64,000 bases of DNA, from the NCBI GenBank assembly GCA_951406725.2, contig OX597832.1, positions 11,036,001-11,100,000 on the forward strand, read 5' to 3'. Below, piece by piece: positions 42,565 through 59,520 of this stretch (the stretch's first letter is position 1; the number at the start of each line of letters is the position of its first letter). The position numbers and the translations under genes are program-made. The notes beneath the pieces were generated by a model. The model saw only the letters and a program-made list of their open reading frames with translations, was not told the origin of the DNA and made no database searches. This DNA comes from Octopus vulgaris. Lineage: Eukaryota.

Positions 42565-43148
42565 ATATACATATACATACGTATATTTATGTACAGAGAT
42601 ACATATAAATATATATACATACACACACAAACACAAACACACACATATACATACATATGAAGCACACACAGCATCTTCAACTATGTAAAAAGTAAATATT
42701 GAATATGTTGTACAGAACGTCTGATTTATTGACAAAACCAACATAGGCATTTGACAAATAGGCAGTACTGAATTAAGTAACTATTCAAATAGATCTCATA
42801 GAAAAAATAAACAATAATTGAAATATATGTATGCAAGTGATCAGAGAGATATGGTCATATATATCCCACGATTCTTTAAGTTTGACTTTTAATCTTTGTC
42901 CATGGAAAGGTCAGACGATATATTACAAAGCAACCACTGAAGTACATTGTTAAGCGATTTGAGAATGGATATATCTATAGGTATATCTTTTTTAACACGA
43001 AATGCCATCATATTTTGTTATGTATTAACATGAGTATCGATCTCAATATAATTTATCAATGGTAATATTTAAAACGTTGAATTAGGACATTTTACATTGG
43101 ATAACTTATAGACAGTATTCCTCGCATTTGTACACACACACACACACT

Positions 43149-43202
<54 letters not shown>

Positions 43203-43634
43203 CATGCACACCCATAATGAATATATATGTATGCCTGTTTGTCTCTGTGTGTGAGTGTCTATGTTTATCTGTGTTTGTATGTGTATATATATATATATAT
43301 GCACATGCATGTATAAATATACACACATTGACAATGATAAAAGACAAATTAAAAGACAAATTAAAAAAGACAAATTAAACGTGTTTCTAAATTGACGTAT
43401 TGAATAAAATGTTATGGTTTGATGACCTAAAATGAAAAATGCCAATGTAAAGTCTACAAGTGTAATTTGTGTTTGTTACTTTTCAATATTGAAGCACCAA
43501 CTTGAAACTGGGGTCGATATTGATCACCGTACACTTAATCAAATGAGGCTGTAATTTTCTAGAATTATGATTATTATTTCGTATACGCACAACAAATTAA
43601 ACTGTTAGGAAAGAAACATTCTTGACATGGGGCT

Positions 43635-44131
43635 CATCATCATCATCATTGCTCGACCGTGGTCGAGACAATGGAATTTACCATGCTACGCCAGACTTCA
43701 CGGTCCATCATAGCATTACGGAGGTTCTGTTGCTGGATACCTGTAGCCCTGGAGATTACATCAGGGTAGGTGAGTGTGCGCCCTCTGGTATTGCGAGTAG
43801 ATGGCTTCCAGAGGATAAGAGTGGAAATTGCCTCGTTTTCAGCTCTACAACAATGTCCAGGAAACTGGACTCTCCTACCTTTCACAAGAGATGACACTGG
43901 TGGTAGTTTCCTATATATTTGCATTTTGGTTGGATGACGCTTCCACGAAAGATTTTGAGCTCTCATAAGGAGGCGAGTGTAGGTTAAATCCAACCGCCTC
44001 TCAAGCTTCTTTGATAATGTCCAAGTTTCTGAGCCATATAGTAGAATTGGTTTGACTGTGGCTTTGAAGATTTCAAATTTGAAGTTTCTACTTAGATTTG
44101 ATGACCAGATCTTAAGCATGTCATTACAGGC
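43635..44131 (-). mobile_element. 5'-truncated RTE-type LINE 3' end with (TGA)n tail and 12-bp TSD TGACATGGGGCT
   Basis: Open 163-aa frame with PILLYGSETWTL, RRVQFPGHCCR and AMMDREVWR. The stop runs into a tgatgatgatga tail. tgacatggggct is found at 43623-43634 and 44132-44143. Confidence 0.93.
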
Positions 44132-44172
44132 TGACATGGGGCTACAATACGTAATATTAGGAGCGAAGAACT

Positions 44173-44311
44173 TTGTGACGTATCCTTGCTGTCCTTAATA
44201 AAACTATATTAATAAAACTATATTAATAAAACTATATAATAAAACTATATTGTGACGTATCCGTGCTGTCCTTAATAAAATCTAGCCAAGCTAAACTTGG
44301 CTAGATTTTAT
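44173..44311. repeat. Local duplication, (taataaaactatat)n and a perfect 16-bp hairpin
   Basis: tgtgacgtatcc.tgctgtccttaataaaa occurs twice, separated by 13-14-bp repeats. Then ataaaatctagccaag-ctaaa-cttggctagattttat. Confidence 0.85.
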
Positions 44312-44479
44312 GCTTTTTCCCTCTGTTCATCTGTTCAAATCTTTAGGGATATTTCCTAATGAACCTATAACTATAGGGAGACATATTATCTACACGTTTC
44401 ATGACATCTGTAACTCAATGGCTAAGTTCTGGTACTTCGTTATTTTTCTTTAAACCGCTCACACTGACTTTCTCAGCTC

Positions 44480-44682
44480 TGGCCGTGTAGCTTGCGTAGC
44501 CTACTGACAGAATGAATTGTTAGCGCAGTAGATGAAATGCTTAGGAGAATCTTAAAAGTCCCTTTGCGCTCCGAGTTGAAATTCCACCGACTTCGATTTT
44601 GCATTCCAACACTGAGGTCGATGCAATCAATATAACTCTCACCCGAAAATGCTGGCGTTTTGCCAAAGTTTGAAACCATTAT
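44480..44682 (+). mobile_element. Degraded family C-like SINE
   Basis: gttagcgcag...gaaatgcttag...gagttgaaattccaccga...gattttgc resemble 35271-35572. Confidence 0.45.
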
Positions 44683-44799
44683 AATTATATTGGTTTGGCT
44701 CAAGTTCGGTCTCAATCCAGGTACGGATTATGAGTAGCGTGTTTTTACCAGTAATCTTAGTTATCCACACACTTGCATTTACTAGTCTGGGTTCAAATC

Positions 44800-44877
44800 A
44801 GTTATGTTATATACGGAAATATAATATTGGGAAGGGATAACAGTTATCTTGTATACGGAAATATACTATTGGGAAGA
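44800..44877 (+). repeat. 42-bp direct tandem duplication
   Basis: agttatgttatatacggaaatataatattgggaag / agttatcttgtatacggaaatatactattgggaag. Confidence 0.8.
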
Positions 44878-45335
44878 TATGACTAATTGTATTCTCAGCC
44901 ACAATTATTCATAAGCAAACAACGTAGGCAAAATAGCAAACGAATTGGATGCAAAACAGTATTATGGTCTGCAGCTAAAGCAATGGATTTCACCTATATA
45001 AATTTCGAAAAAAGTTATTAATGCGTCATTTATATTCTCGAAAAGAAAATAGGTAAATAAAGCAACGCATATTGGAAAATATCTATTTTATATGTATGCA
45101 TTTATTATTCATAAATGTTCTTCCTATCATGTAATGGTCGAATTGTATCTAATATCCGACTTAATGCCTGATGTTAATATTTAAATATATACTAACTTAC
45201 AGCGGAAATTAAACATTGTTTTAAAAATAAAATAGAAACACCTTGATAAAACAACAATTAAGATTTGATTATTTTGAAGTAAAATTGTTTATCTATGTAT
45301 ATCTATTTATTTGTTTATATCTCCGTCATTCACCG

Positions 45336-45400
<65 letters not shown>

Positions 45401-45494
45401 GCAGCAGAAAATTCAACAAAATGTTAAAGTAACAATTCAGCAGAAAATACTCAACTGGTATTTTTCACCTTGATTCACATTTATGTGTTTACTC

Positions 45495-45562
<68 letters not shown>

Positions 45563-45574
45563 TGTCATTTTACT

Positions 45575-45720
45575 CTTCAGAAATTTGTACATTCCATATT
45601 CAACGAGAGACGATTAATGATGGTTGTTGCTCTGGGTTCTATGAAAACATCTGGCTGTATTTTCGATACCGTCATTCCAAAATCTTTCTGCCAGATGGAG
45701 CACCTCCTCATTATGTCAAA
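45575..45720 (+). mobile_element. Tc1/mariner transposase fragment
   Basis: ICTFHIQRETIND...KIFLPDGAPPHYVK resembles the GPYFF...TVN...FQQDGAPPHY catalytic segment. Confidence 0.5.
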
Positions 45721-45921
45721 CGTCAATCTCCACATTACAATCTCTACAATATACATTACCCTATTTTAATGTGGTGATTGACTATTCAAAGTCTTTTCTC
45801 AGCATAATGGCATAGAAATCTTATTTCTTTTTATAATTGTTTATAATTTTCACCTTTAAAGCTATTTTAATATTCTGGCCACTTTGATGGAATTTGCCTG
45901 GAAAAATGTTTATCCTATATT

Positions 45922-45989
<68 letters not shown>

Positions 45990-46316
45990 GTACATACATA
46001 CGGAGTGACAGAGACGGACAAACAGACACACATATACATACATAATTGAAAAAAGGTTAAGAATCCATTCGACTGAAAGGTTATATATAAAAAGTGACAT
46101 CTGTTTAAAGATCTCTTTAAGAGGTTTTTCCTTTTAAGTAGACAGGATAAATATTTTCGTTTTTGTTTAATAAGCGACTTTTAAATAATGTCAGCGGTTT
46201 CGGTGGTTGTGTCCATCTTTTTAAATATTAAATATTCAAAGTGAAGAATTAGAAAATGAGAAAAAAAAGGGATATTAATAAAATGTCGGTTTCATAGTTT
46301 TTGCGTAGTATTTGAA

Positions 46317-46351
<35 letters not shown>

Positions 46352-47296
46352 GTGTGTGTTCCCCGCCATGAGCGCGTGCCGTGAGTGTACATAAACAAAG
46401 AAAGTTGTGTGATTGCATGTGAGAGAGAGAAAACGAAAGAGAAAACTATATAGAAAATTCGGCACTCTTTCATGGTTAGTTATTTATTGACCACGAAATC
46501 ATGAAGGAAAAATTTGACCTTTGTAGAGTGGCAGAAATCATGCATACGCGAAGGAAATCAATCCTAAACTAACAATGGGGATTTGGCCAGGCCATCTCGC
46601 CTGTATGTATGGGTTTGCGAGAATGTCTCTGTGCGTATGTGCATGCGGGTTTGTATACGAATACCTACATGTATGTATATGTGAGCATGTGTGCATGTAT
46701 GTAATAGAGAAAGTGGGCATGAGTAATTGTCGCCATATTTCTTTAAGTATTGAATCCATATATATATATATATATGTATAACGTTAAGTTACTATTTACA
46801 AAATATTAACGTTTTGCTGTGCCCATATACATAATATTAACATGAAGAAAATGCGTCGATTTTTTTTAACACTCTGACAAGCGCATAAATTGACATCTGT
46901 CAAGAAAGGAAATTGGAAATATAATGATGTCGATATTTGCCGAGAGTTTTATGGATATATGAAGTGCAATGTTTTAACTCAAACACGCTAACTTTTTAAC
47001 ACACAGAGTAAAATTCACTAATTACCACATAGACTTTCGATAGGCGCTGCCCTGATTCTGTAACTCAAACAATACAAGGTTTTATAAGATATCTTATTAG
47101 ATATCATCTAGAACTAATAATTGCTACATATCTTAATGTGGAACGAAATTCCTAATTAAATACCTAATTAAAATATTTAACATGAAACATAGCGGTGTGC
47201 TTCAGAAGGATTTTCTGGTTCCCACCCAGTGGGCCGCACATTGCGGAGTATCTTCTGTAAAAACCATATATATATATGTGTGTGTGTATCTGTGTG

Positions 47297-47595
47297 TATA
47301 CGTGGACTCATCAGTAATTATCAAGATAGTTTCCATAGTAACGAAGCTAAAGCACGCAGAATAAAACCGCTTGGTACCCATCGTTCTTGAACTCTGCTGT
47401 GCATGCGCACAAAATTTTAAGATTCTCAATAACTTTGGCTGTTTGCGTGTGCAGCGTGTGATCGTCGCTTTGACCATTACAGATAAAGTTGTCATGGCGA
47501 TACCTACTCAGATGCCTACGCAGAGTTGCAGAATGGGGATGGAGAGGGGTATAGAGCCGCACAGAAGTGTACGAGCGGTTCAGATGTTTTCAAGA
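47297..47595 (+). mobile_element. Mariner left-end fragment, same family as 10903-11769
   Basis: ccatagtaacgaagctaaagcacgcagaataaaaccgcttgg...gagccgcacagaagtgtacgagcggttcag is homologous to both arms of the fold-back element. Confidence 0.8.
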
Positions 47596-47805
47596 TTCCA
47601 ACTCAAAAAAATTCCATCCCAAATTATTTAATCTTTATTTCAGGTAATACATGTAGTAGTGTAATAACCCATGCGATCTTATAATTTTGAATATCGCAGT
47701 AAGATTTGGGAGCGAGTTGGCTTCTATACCAACAATATTCAAGCCCGTGATAACGGACCGAATTATTGTTTGCGTTAAGAATTAGCAAAAAGTTGACTGC
47801 ATATG

Positions 47806-49830
<2,025 letters not shown>

Positions 49831-49986
49831 TATTTTTCATAAAGAAGCCTTTAATCTTTATATCCAATGTGCATTTTATTTTGACTTTTCCCCCATTTAT
49901 ACCACGTGTAGTTTCTTTTCAACTCTTTGAAACCTATTTCCAGTATATATATATATATATATATATATAGATAGATAGATAGATAG

Positions 49987-50060
49987 ACGCAGGTGTGGCT
50001 CTGAGGTAGGAAACTTGCTTCCCAAACACATGGTTCTGGGTTCAGTCTCACTGTGTGATA
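49987..50060 (+). mobile_element. Isolated family A SINE tRNA head
   Basis: gcaggtgtggctctgaggtaggaaacttgcttcccaaacacatggttctgggttcagtctcactg. Confidence 0.7.
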
Positions 50061-50399
50061 GCGAAAATTTCTTCTCCACCAGCGTGGGTTAAAATCAGTA
50101 AACACCATGCTTTTTCGGTAAATCCGAAACATTAAATAGAGAGAGATGAATTATAATTTCAACAATTGAGGGTAAAATTAATTAATTAATTATTAATCAA
50201 TTTCTCCAAGTGTTCAGTTTGGTAGTGGATTTGGTAGAGAAACTGAAAGAATCCCGTGTAATATATAAATTTATGCGTGTGTGCCTTTTAGCCTGTGTTA
50301 TTATTGCTGTTATCAATTATCTAGATTTACCGCTAACAATAATAATAGTAATATTAATAATTATAACTTCTCTACGACTATACATTTGAATACTTTTTC

Positions 50400-50466
<67 letters not shown>

Positions 50467-50468
<2 letters not shown>

Positions 50469-50854
50469 TCTGTGTAAAAAGTCTGGGTGCATACACGTTA
50501 ACATATGTCAGGTGCATACAATTGACAACACAGTTAATTAAGATTTATTCAATGAGTTCTATTCAACACCTGTTTACACGTGGAATTAGCAGAATCATTA
50601 TTAACTTTAGATGTTTGGGTCGATAAAGTTGAACTAAAAAACCCTACAACGAGGCATGAATTGCACGAAGCCGTCTTGCAGTCTTGGGAAGAGCGATCTG
50701 AGCGGAAAATTCGTGGATGTATTCAACATCAAACTCGTGTTCAGCGTCATATAGTTGACAGTCGTGGTGGTAACAGATTCGTGTAATAAATTTTGTGTTT
50801 ATTTTTGTTTCATAATATATATTTTTTCGGATGCAGCCAGACTTTGCACACATG
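50467..50854 (+). mobile_element. Internally deleted Tc1-like element with TIRs
   Basis: Imperfect TIRs tgtgtaaaaagtctgggtgcatac / gatgcagccagactttgcacaca in TA context. The internal peptide VWVDKVELKNPTTRHELHEAVLQSWEE...IRGCIQH...VDSRGG matches a Tc1 transposase C-terminus. Confidence 0.8.
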
Positions 50855-52599
50855 TATATATATTATGTACTGAAATTGAATTGAATTTGGCGCAAAACTA
50901 TTAAAAGCGTAAAGGATTACAACGAGGGGAGATGAATTTTTCATTTTCAGTACAGCAAGACTTGCTTAGAAGCATTGAGGCACTAGCCAGTATTCAGAAT
51001 CTTGATCCAGGTATAACTGTTACCTCATTCTAAGGCTTTTTAACTGAGATAGTATGTTTAATTCCATTCGTTTGCGTTGGTCCCTTGCATATGTTAATTT
51101 GGGGTGCTTTATTTCCACTTTCTAGCAAGCTGGTGGTTCGTGCACCCTCTGATATATATATATATATATAGTGTGTCTGTGTGTGTGCATACATACATAT
51201 ATGTGCACTCACATATAATATAAGTATACATTTACACAAATATAAATATATGTGTGTGTATCTATGCATGTAGTTGTATCTGTGTATGTATATATGTAAG
51301 TTCACCATTCTCTTCTCGTGAACGATGAAGTGGATGTTGACATATTTAAGATCGCAATAAATGTTCCAGGAACTTAAATGTTGTAGGCAATTTACTCTGC
51401 CACTTCTGTATTTTTCTCCCCATCTCATCATTGTCATGTTATTTGGAAATGGAGGAATACCGCAACTCATCTATCATTCACTTAGTGAAATAATCCATTC
51501 AGTATAAGTGGCAATTCATGAACAAATTATATAACTTCTATTACACCTACTACATCTCCGATGAGCAAATACGAAGACAGATAACAATTAATGGGAAACT
51601 CTGAAATAAACGGAAATTAGAAAATATTTTGGCGGATCACAAGAGTTTTAAATGGCAGTTTGGAGTAGTTTAAATATTAAGAATAAATGGCAGCGTACCT
51701 TCGTAAATATTCCATTGTCTATGATTTCGGATATAGTTACTCTGCACTCAAGAGACACTTCTAGGCATGTCTGTATATTATACATCTGCTTTCTCTATAT
51801 AAATTTTGTCAAACTGTTTAAGGTTAGTAATTACTTTAACAGAGAAAATCTGAGATGGAATAAGTCAATTTAATTACCTCTATAAGCTTACAACATTACA
51901 AATGTATTCTTATGAATGCAAAATATATTTGACTCCTGTGAGTTTAACCAAACTCTAGATAAGAACATTTTCTTAGAACGTTCCAAAATACAGTAATGAC
52001 TCAGCAGTTTCAATGAAATCTATAGACAAGCTATTGTTTGATTGAAAACCAATTCCTATATGATTCTTTGTAGAAATAATGTTTCTAATAGAATGCAGTT
52101 TTAAATTTGGAAATTGTAGTTATAAGACTGTCACCGAACTTCTGCTGGAACCCAAAGAGTTCTCTCCTTTCTAAGCATTTTCTACTGCCGTTACAATAGC
52201 TTCTGATCCCCGGAGCGGAGGGAAATTACACCAGTGTTACATTCTACTCTTTTCCTCTCATTTGGCACACTTGTTATACACAAACACTTCCCCCATCCCT
52301 AAACGCTGTATTCCTTTTCCACTTCAGGCCCAAGAAGTGAAATATATGTGATAAAGACATTATTTGTGTTGTTTCTGTACAACAAACCTACGAGAGGTTA
52401 TCCAGGTGGTAAATAGATATTCTAAAAGTGGTAGCTAAATTCCTATCAAATCATATTATACACATTTTGAAGAGATACAGTTGTTCTTAACACAATCTGT
52501 TTGAAAAAGGTCTTAATGATTTAAAGGCTACAATATAGTTTATAATTAAATATTCATTTGAATAATTGAATTTCACCTCATCAAAACATCAAATATGTA

Positions 52600-52920
52600 T
52601 TTCTGACATTTTCCAGGTACACTGATAAAGCTTATTACCACCGTCGTAAGCAGTGTTACCTTGCTTTCTGTGCTATTTCCTCTTATAGTGTAACAATGGA
52701 AGTATTTGCTCGACATTACGATAAGTATGGGGAAATAGTTAGGAGACAACCTTCTCGGAACTTCGTTTATAAAATTTACTTTTTACTCAACAAATTTGAG
52801 ATGCTGGGAGACTTATTGGATTGCAGAGATTTTCCGGTGCTGCTGTCTGTCATTCTCATCTCTAATGCACTTCCACAGGGCATGCATAGCAATCATAGGA
52901 ACAGAATACGTGGGACTTAA
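52600..52920 (+). mobile_element. Possible Tc1/mariner (DUF4817-type) N-terminal remnant
   Basis: RQPSRNFVYKIYFLLNKFEMLGDLLD resembles P.R.TI..LVNKF..TGS.LD. Weak. Confidence 0.3.
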
Positions 52921-54021
52921 AACTCTTGACGACTTTTGAAAGCAACACTTTAACTGATCTCACAATGACGCAAACATACCGAACTGTGAAACCCACGAAT
53001 AAAAAAAGGTGAAGATGAAAGCTGTGAGGTTTCAATTTTTTCACAAGGCTCTGTGTTGAGACGAGATTCACACCATAATATCATTCAAACGAAAGAGCAT
53101 ATACGGGATCTTGAATTATTTAGAGCCACCTAAAAGGAAGATGCATTGTCATGACTCGAAGGCCTTTGATCATAGGTCTGTTCCTTCACAGTCGATTTAA
53201 GGCGCAGCAAAAGTAGCTGTGGTATAACTTCTAGAACCGAACACTTCTGGTGCTATTTTTGATTCAAGTATACCACTAACCACGAGCTATTAACTAAATG
53301 TCCAACTGTTACCTCTTAATTGTTTGAAAGGTTATCCACTAAATATTATTTGCATTGATCTATGTATTTAAATATTTGTTGTCCAGAACAAAGGGTCGAT
53401 AAAAAATTGTTATATAACTATCTGGTACTTGAATCCTCATTCAAATTCTAACGAACATTTATCATTTATTTATCCTAGAATGATATCTAGGGTAATTTTC
53501 CCAAATATCTATAGGGCTTAAGTGGTCAATTTATCGTTTATTTTCACCTTTAGTTGTTCTTTTACATAAGCCACCGCGTTAAATATAACTTCGTGTTACA
53601 TATTTAGAAACTATATTATTCACATGAGTGAATATTTGATCAATCCACGCGTGGAAGTGATTATACCGGAATTTTCGCAGCATGGAATCGTTTCCTAAAT
53701 AAACAAAGACAAGGCATTTTATTTTCGCAATAACAAGCTTTTTCTTAGGAGAGGCAAAAGAAAAATTGAACGCTACGTTACATAATACTTTTGAAGAGAA
53801 GGATAGGTTAATTATTTTCGGCAGTCTTTCTTTCTATTTTCGGTTCTTGTGGTCTTTTTTGTGTTAAAGAGATATCATTGATTGTTTTCAGTTCTCTTAA
53901 TACCGTCAGCTTCCATGTCTAGGAATAAATAAATACATCCTGATTCCTACAGAAGAAAGGAAACGCTTAGTTATGCTCTCTTCCTCAGAAACATCACAAA
54001 ATCATCTACCTATATATACAA

Positions 54022-54414
54022 CTAGCAGTATCACCCGGCGTTGCTCGGGTTTGTAAAGGAAATAACTATAAAAGCATCTTTAGAGATGTAAAGTATAATA
54101 GCCATCTCAATATGGCTAACCACAAAAGGGGGCTGTTACTGTAGGTTTTACGTTCTCAGATTTAATAATAAATTTTTAGAGAGTTACTTCCCTTATATAT
54201 GCCAAAAATACATTGAAAATGGGAAAAATTGATGGTATTTTTTTTTAAATCGTAGACTCATCGTAGACGCGCGCTAATACCCAGAAGGGCTCTATATGAA
54301 TCACGACTATAAGATACCCAGTTTTGGTTAAACTGCACCGCAAAATGTGGGAGTAGTTAGGAATCTAAATCGTAGGAGACAGACAGCACACAACCTCACT
54401 ATTATATATAAAGA
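54022..54414 (-). mobile_element. Non-autonomous Helitron (same family as 29302-29697)
   Basis: Reverse complement begins A|TCTTTATATATAATAG and ends cccgagcaacgccgggtgatactgCTAG|T. Confidence 0.88.
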
Positions 54415-54578
54415 TTATGTCAAGAAGAGATAAAAGTTTTTCTTTCCTCCTTCCTTTCTCTATCGTTCGGCAATCTATCTTATAATCCAAGAAATATTAT
54501 TTAAATATAATCGCTTAGGAACTACGGTTACATATAATTTCTTAGGAACTATTGTTATGTATAATTTCTTTACTTTTG

Positions 54579-54830
54579 AATTAAAGCTACCATTGGTTTC
54601 ATGTTGAAAACGTAGAAAAATATCCTAGTATCTTAGCAATATTTCCAGCTAATCACATGGAGAAAGGTGTTCACGCCCATTTTGGGAAATCATACAGCCC
54701 CGTTTACTTTCAGGCAGTGATTCTAGAATGGAGGCGAACACCTTTCTCCATGTGATCGGCTTGAAAAATTGCAAAGACAATAGAATATTTTCCTACTTTT
54801 CTTAACATGAAACTATTAGAAGCCTTAATT
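54579..54830. repeat. Fold-back inverted repeat / palindromic MITE-like element (~115-bp arms)
   Basis: Perfect 21-bp core atcacatggagaaaggtgttc (54652-54672) versus gaacacctttctccatgtgat (54736-54756), with imperfect pairing extending out to aattaaagct / agccttaatt. Confidence 0.85.
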
Positions 54831-54849
54831 TGCAAATACCTACTAATAT

Positions 54850-56480
<1,631 letters not shown>

Positions 56481-57047
56481 TATATGTATGCGCTGGTAAG
56501 CATATGCGCATCTGTGTGTGGTTCTGCATGTGTGTGTTTTATGAATGATATTCTATATGCATATATATCAGAAAAGCCCATATTCCTTATGTATCTCTGT
56601 CGTTGTGTTCCACTCAGTGGCCATTTCATAGAAATAAAGCCCGTCAAATACATAATTCCCTAACCATTATACATAATTAAACCAAATAAAATTAAGTAAT
56701 CTTCATTTTAAAATTGTCTTTAACCACATGACAAGAGGTTAACGCTACATTAATCGTCGCTTCCTTCTATGTACTGATTAAACTGCGTTGAACCCATTTA
56801 ATACGTGAACTGTTAGAAATGAATGCATTCATACTAATCCTTAAGTATGACTGTCTCAAAATGAATATATACACTCATATATGTATATACTCTTCATACA
56901 TGTGATCCAGATATTCTCGTATAGAATACACTTATATATTGATCTGTGTAACTTGCTTTTCCCTATATTTATTTATTTATCTCTCTCTCTCTCTATTTAT
57001 ATATATATATATTTATCTGTTTGCCTATCTTTCTATCAATTTATCTA

Positions 57048-57104
<57 letters not shown>

Positions 57105-57604
57105 ATATATGTGTGTGTATCTATGTATATATAAAATTATAAAAGGATAATCCGGCCAAACATTTATTATCAGGTTAGATTATATCTGTAAAACTGATGT
57201 TACGTGAACACATATCATAAGAAGGAAACTGTTATTAAATCAGTTTTCAAGATATACATGTCAAATGATCCCTGATACAAATTGTTTTGCCAATTTATAA
57301 TTTATACATTTTGTGCGTTTGCCTTGCCAATAGACAAACTGACTATACCCATATCTTCCTTATGCTGTTCTAGTATCGTTGCTCTAGGTTGCAGTTCATG
57401 CTAGAGGTCTAGATATCAAGCCAACATAGGGCACTAATTGTGTGTACCTATTTATTGCATCAGACATGATGTTATTTGAAATACGCACATATATATATGT
57501 GTATGCGTATGTGTATGTGTGTGCGTGTGCTCGAGTGCAAGCGTGCGTGTATGTTTGTATAATTTTTCTATGAGTTTAAATTAAGTTCTGGAGAAATTTA
57601 TACC

Positions 57605-57834
57605 AATTTCTTTATTACCCACAAGGGGCTAAACATAGAGGGGACAAACAAGGAGAGACAAAGGTATTAAGTCGATTACATCTCCCCAGTACGTAACTGG
57701 TACTTAATTTATCGACCCCGAAAGGATGAAAGGCAAAGTCGACCGCAGCAGAATTTGAACTCAGAACACGAAGACTGGCGAAATACCGCTAAGCATTTTG
57801 CCCGGCCTTCTAACGATTCTGCCAGCTCGTCGCC
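57605..57834 (-). mobile_element. SINE, family C, with ~19-bp TSD
   Basis: Reverse complement head ggcgacgagctggcagaatcgttag. The flanks are ttctggagaaatttatacc (57586-57604) and ttctggagaaaatttatacc (57835-57854). Confidence 0.9.
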
Positions 57835-57949
57835 TTCTGGAGAAAATTTATACCGGTTGTAACAAACCTTCAAGAATTTTGAGTGAATATAGTTCCCAGA
57901 GTTTGTAAATATGTGGTTGAGTTGGTGTGTTGTTTGGACTGTCGATGCA

Positions 57950-58235
57950 AACACCCAAGTGTTTACATCTATTCCCATAAGTACCTCACGTAGAGAATTT
58001 CTGGAATGTCATACAAATCTGCACTGTGTCACTGTCATACTGGATTTGGAGAACCCGTATCACAGTCTCTTGCTCTTTCTCCGAAAAACCTAGTATTTCA
58101 ACGTTTTTGTGCGAATTTGCTGGTCCGTAACAAAGCGCATCGATGATGATAGGTACAAAATGAGAATTCATAGTCAGAGTAGAATCGCATGTTTACTGTG
58201 CACTTATCCTTTCAGGTTTTTACAACAACTCTCCA
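57950..58235 (-). mobile_element. R4/Dong-like non-LTR retrotransposon 3' end (restriction-like endonuclease C-terminus)
   Basis: FYSDYEF, then after a frameshift FVPIIIDALCYGPANSHKNVEILGFSEKEQETVIRVLQIQYDSDTVQICMTFQKF*. This matches the IPIIIGALG...L..LG...LQ.....GT..I.K tail of R4/Dong ORFs. Confidence 0.7.
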
Positions 58236-58399
58236 TTTGGATAGCTTGATGTATGTATATATAAATACAGAGGTGTATATATAACTCTGAAACGTGTGTA
58301 GTTGTACTTACTCACGCACAAAAGTCTATTATAGATTACATAATTTTGGATCTCAGCATTTATGACCAAATATATGTAACACAAATTAAAATGTAAGAA

Positions 58400-59520
58400 T
58401 GTTTGGACACCTTATATGCCATCTTTCTCTAGGGAATTTATTCTTGTTATCCTTCTTTGGATGTTTTTGTATCATAATTTCTTTTCTTCCCTTTTCATCT
58501 TGCATTTTTAATGCTGTCTTTTCTTACCCATTCGAATGTTGACATTCTACCCTCTACACTTCTGGCTATATTTCGAATACGAAAATATGTTGATTTAGTT
58601 TACTCTAAGCTGTTCTTGATCTTACGACTGCTGTTATTTTTTATATACTGCAATCTTTGTAAGCCAACATACTAAGACGTCAATAAATCTGTTTTTGCAG
58701 TGCTGTTAGAGAACAGAGAAGGCCATTTTTTCCTTAAACGTATCTAAACAGCTAAAGTTAGGACTTTATGATATTTTGAGTCCTACCACTCATTTATAAT
58801 CACATTGCTTATTGCTGAAATCAAGTTGTATTATCTATATGTTTAGACACATGGTTTTTGCTTATTTCCAAGGAACATTGGTTCTACAATGAAGATTCTT
58901 GGATTTTTGGCATATCCCTTGCAACGACAGTCATGTGCTTACTTGCGACTAAGAAGTTTCTTGAAATAGGGACTTATAGATTTGAAAATTGATGTCTGAA
59001 ATTATGTGATGTAGGAATATATGAATTTGTATATTTATTTCTTCCGTGTAACCCATGAAGTAGGTCAACTCTTTGTGTACACTTACCATGTAAAAAAGCG
59101 TGTTAGCCGTTCTACTCCCATCCTTTACTCAACCATACCGTATCTGATAGTAAATTTCATAAATGTGTTTTTTCTCGAAATTTAGAACTTTTCCATCAAA
59201 ATATGAATAGCATATAGCAGTTACTTCCAGGAGGTTTCGCGAAATATTAAAAAAAAAGTAGCTCATAGTAATTACTACAGGTGTATTAGGATCACGCATC
59301 TTTTCATCTTGAATCATATTTTCTAATGTTTTTATTTGCTTTTCATTCAATGCACATTATAAATTGTTCTCAAAGGATCTATTCTGCCAGCCATTTCAAA
59401 CAGCACTTTCCAAGCATATTATATCAATCGGAATTGCTTTTGTGTTTATTATTTATAATAAACTGTATTAAATAAAACTACAGCTCATATTTTGACAAGG
59501 CTTAGGCGATGTAAATTGTG
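58400..59520 (-). mobile_element. Very old coding-like remnant, possibly a LINE AP-endonuclease
   Basis: Fragments IINTKAIPIDIICLE, PNTPVVITMSYF, RTANTLFYM and LVASKHMTV occur in the order of APE motifs (DII.LQE, I.GDFN, TR..NTLD, SDH). Many stops. Confidence 0.3.

Noticed and set aside
43646-44137. 163-aa ORF as a host gene
   Set aside because: It is the 3' end of an RTE LINE ORF2 bounded by a TSD; the start codon comes from the target site.
47300-47316. Minus-strand CTGATGAGTCC resembling a hammerhead start
   Set aside because: It lies in a mariner terminal repeat, with no GAAA box or stems downstream.
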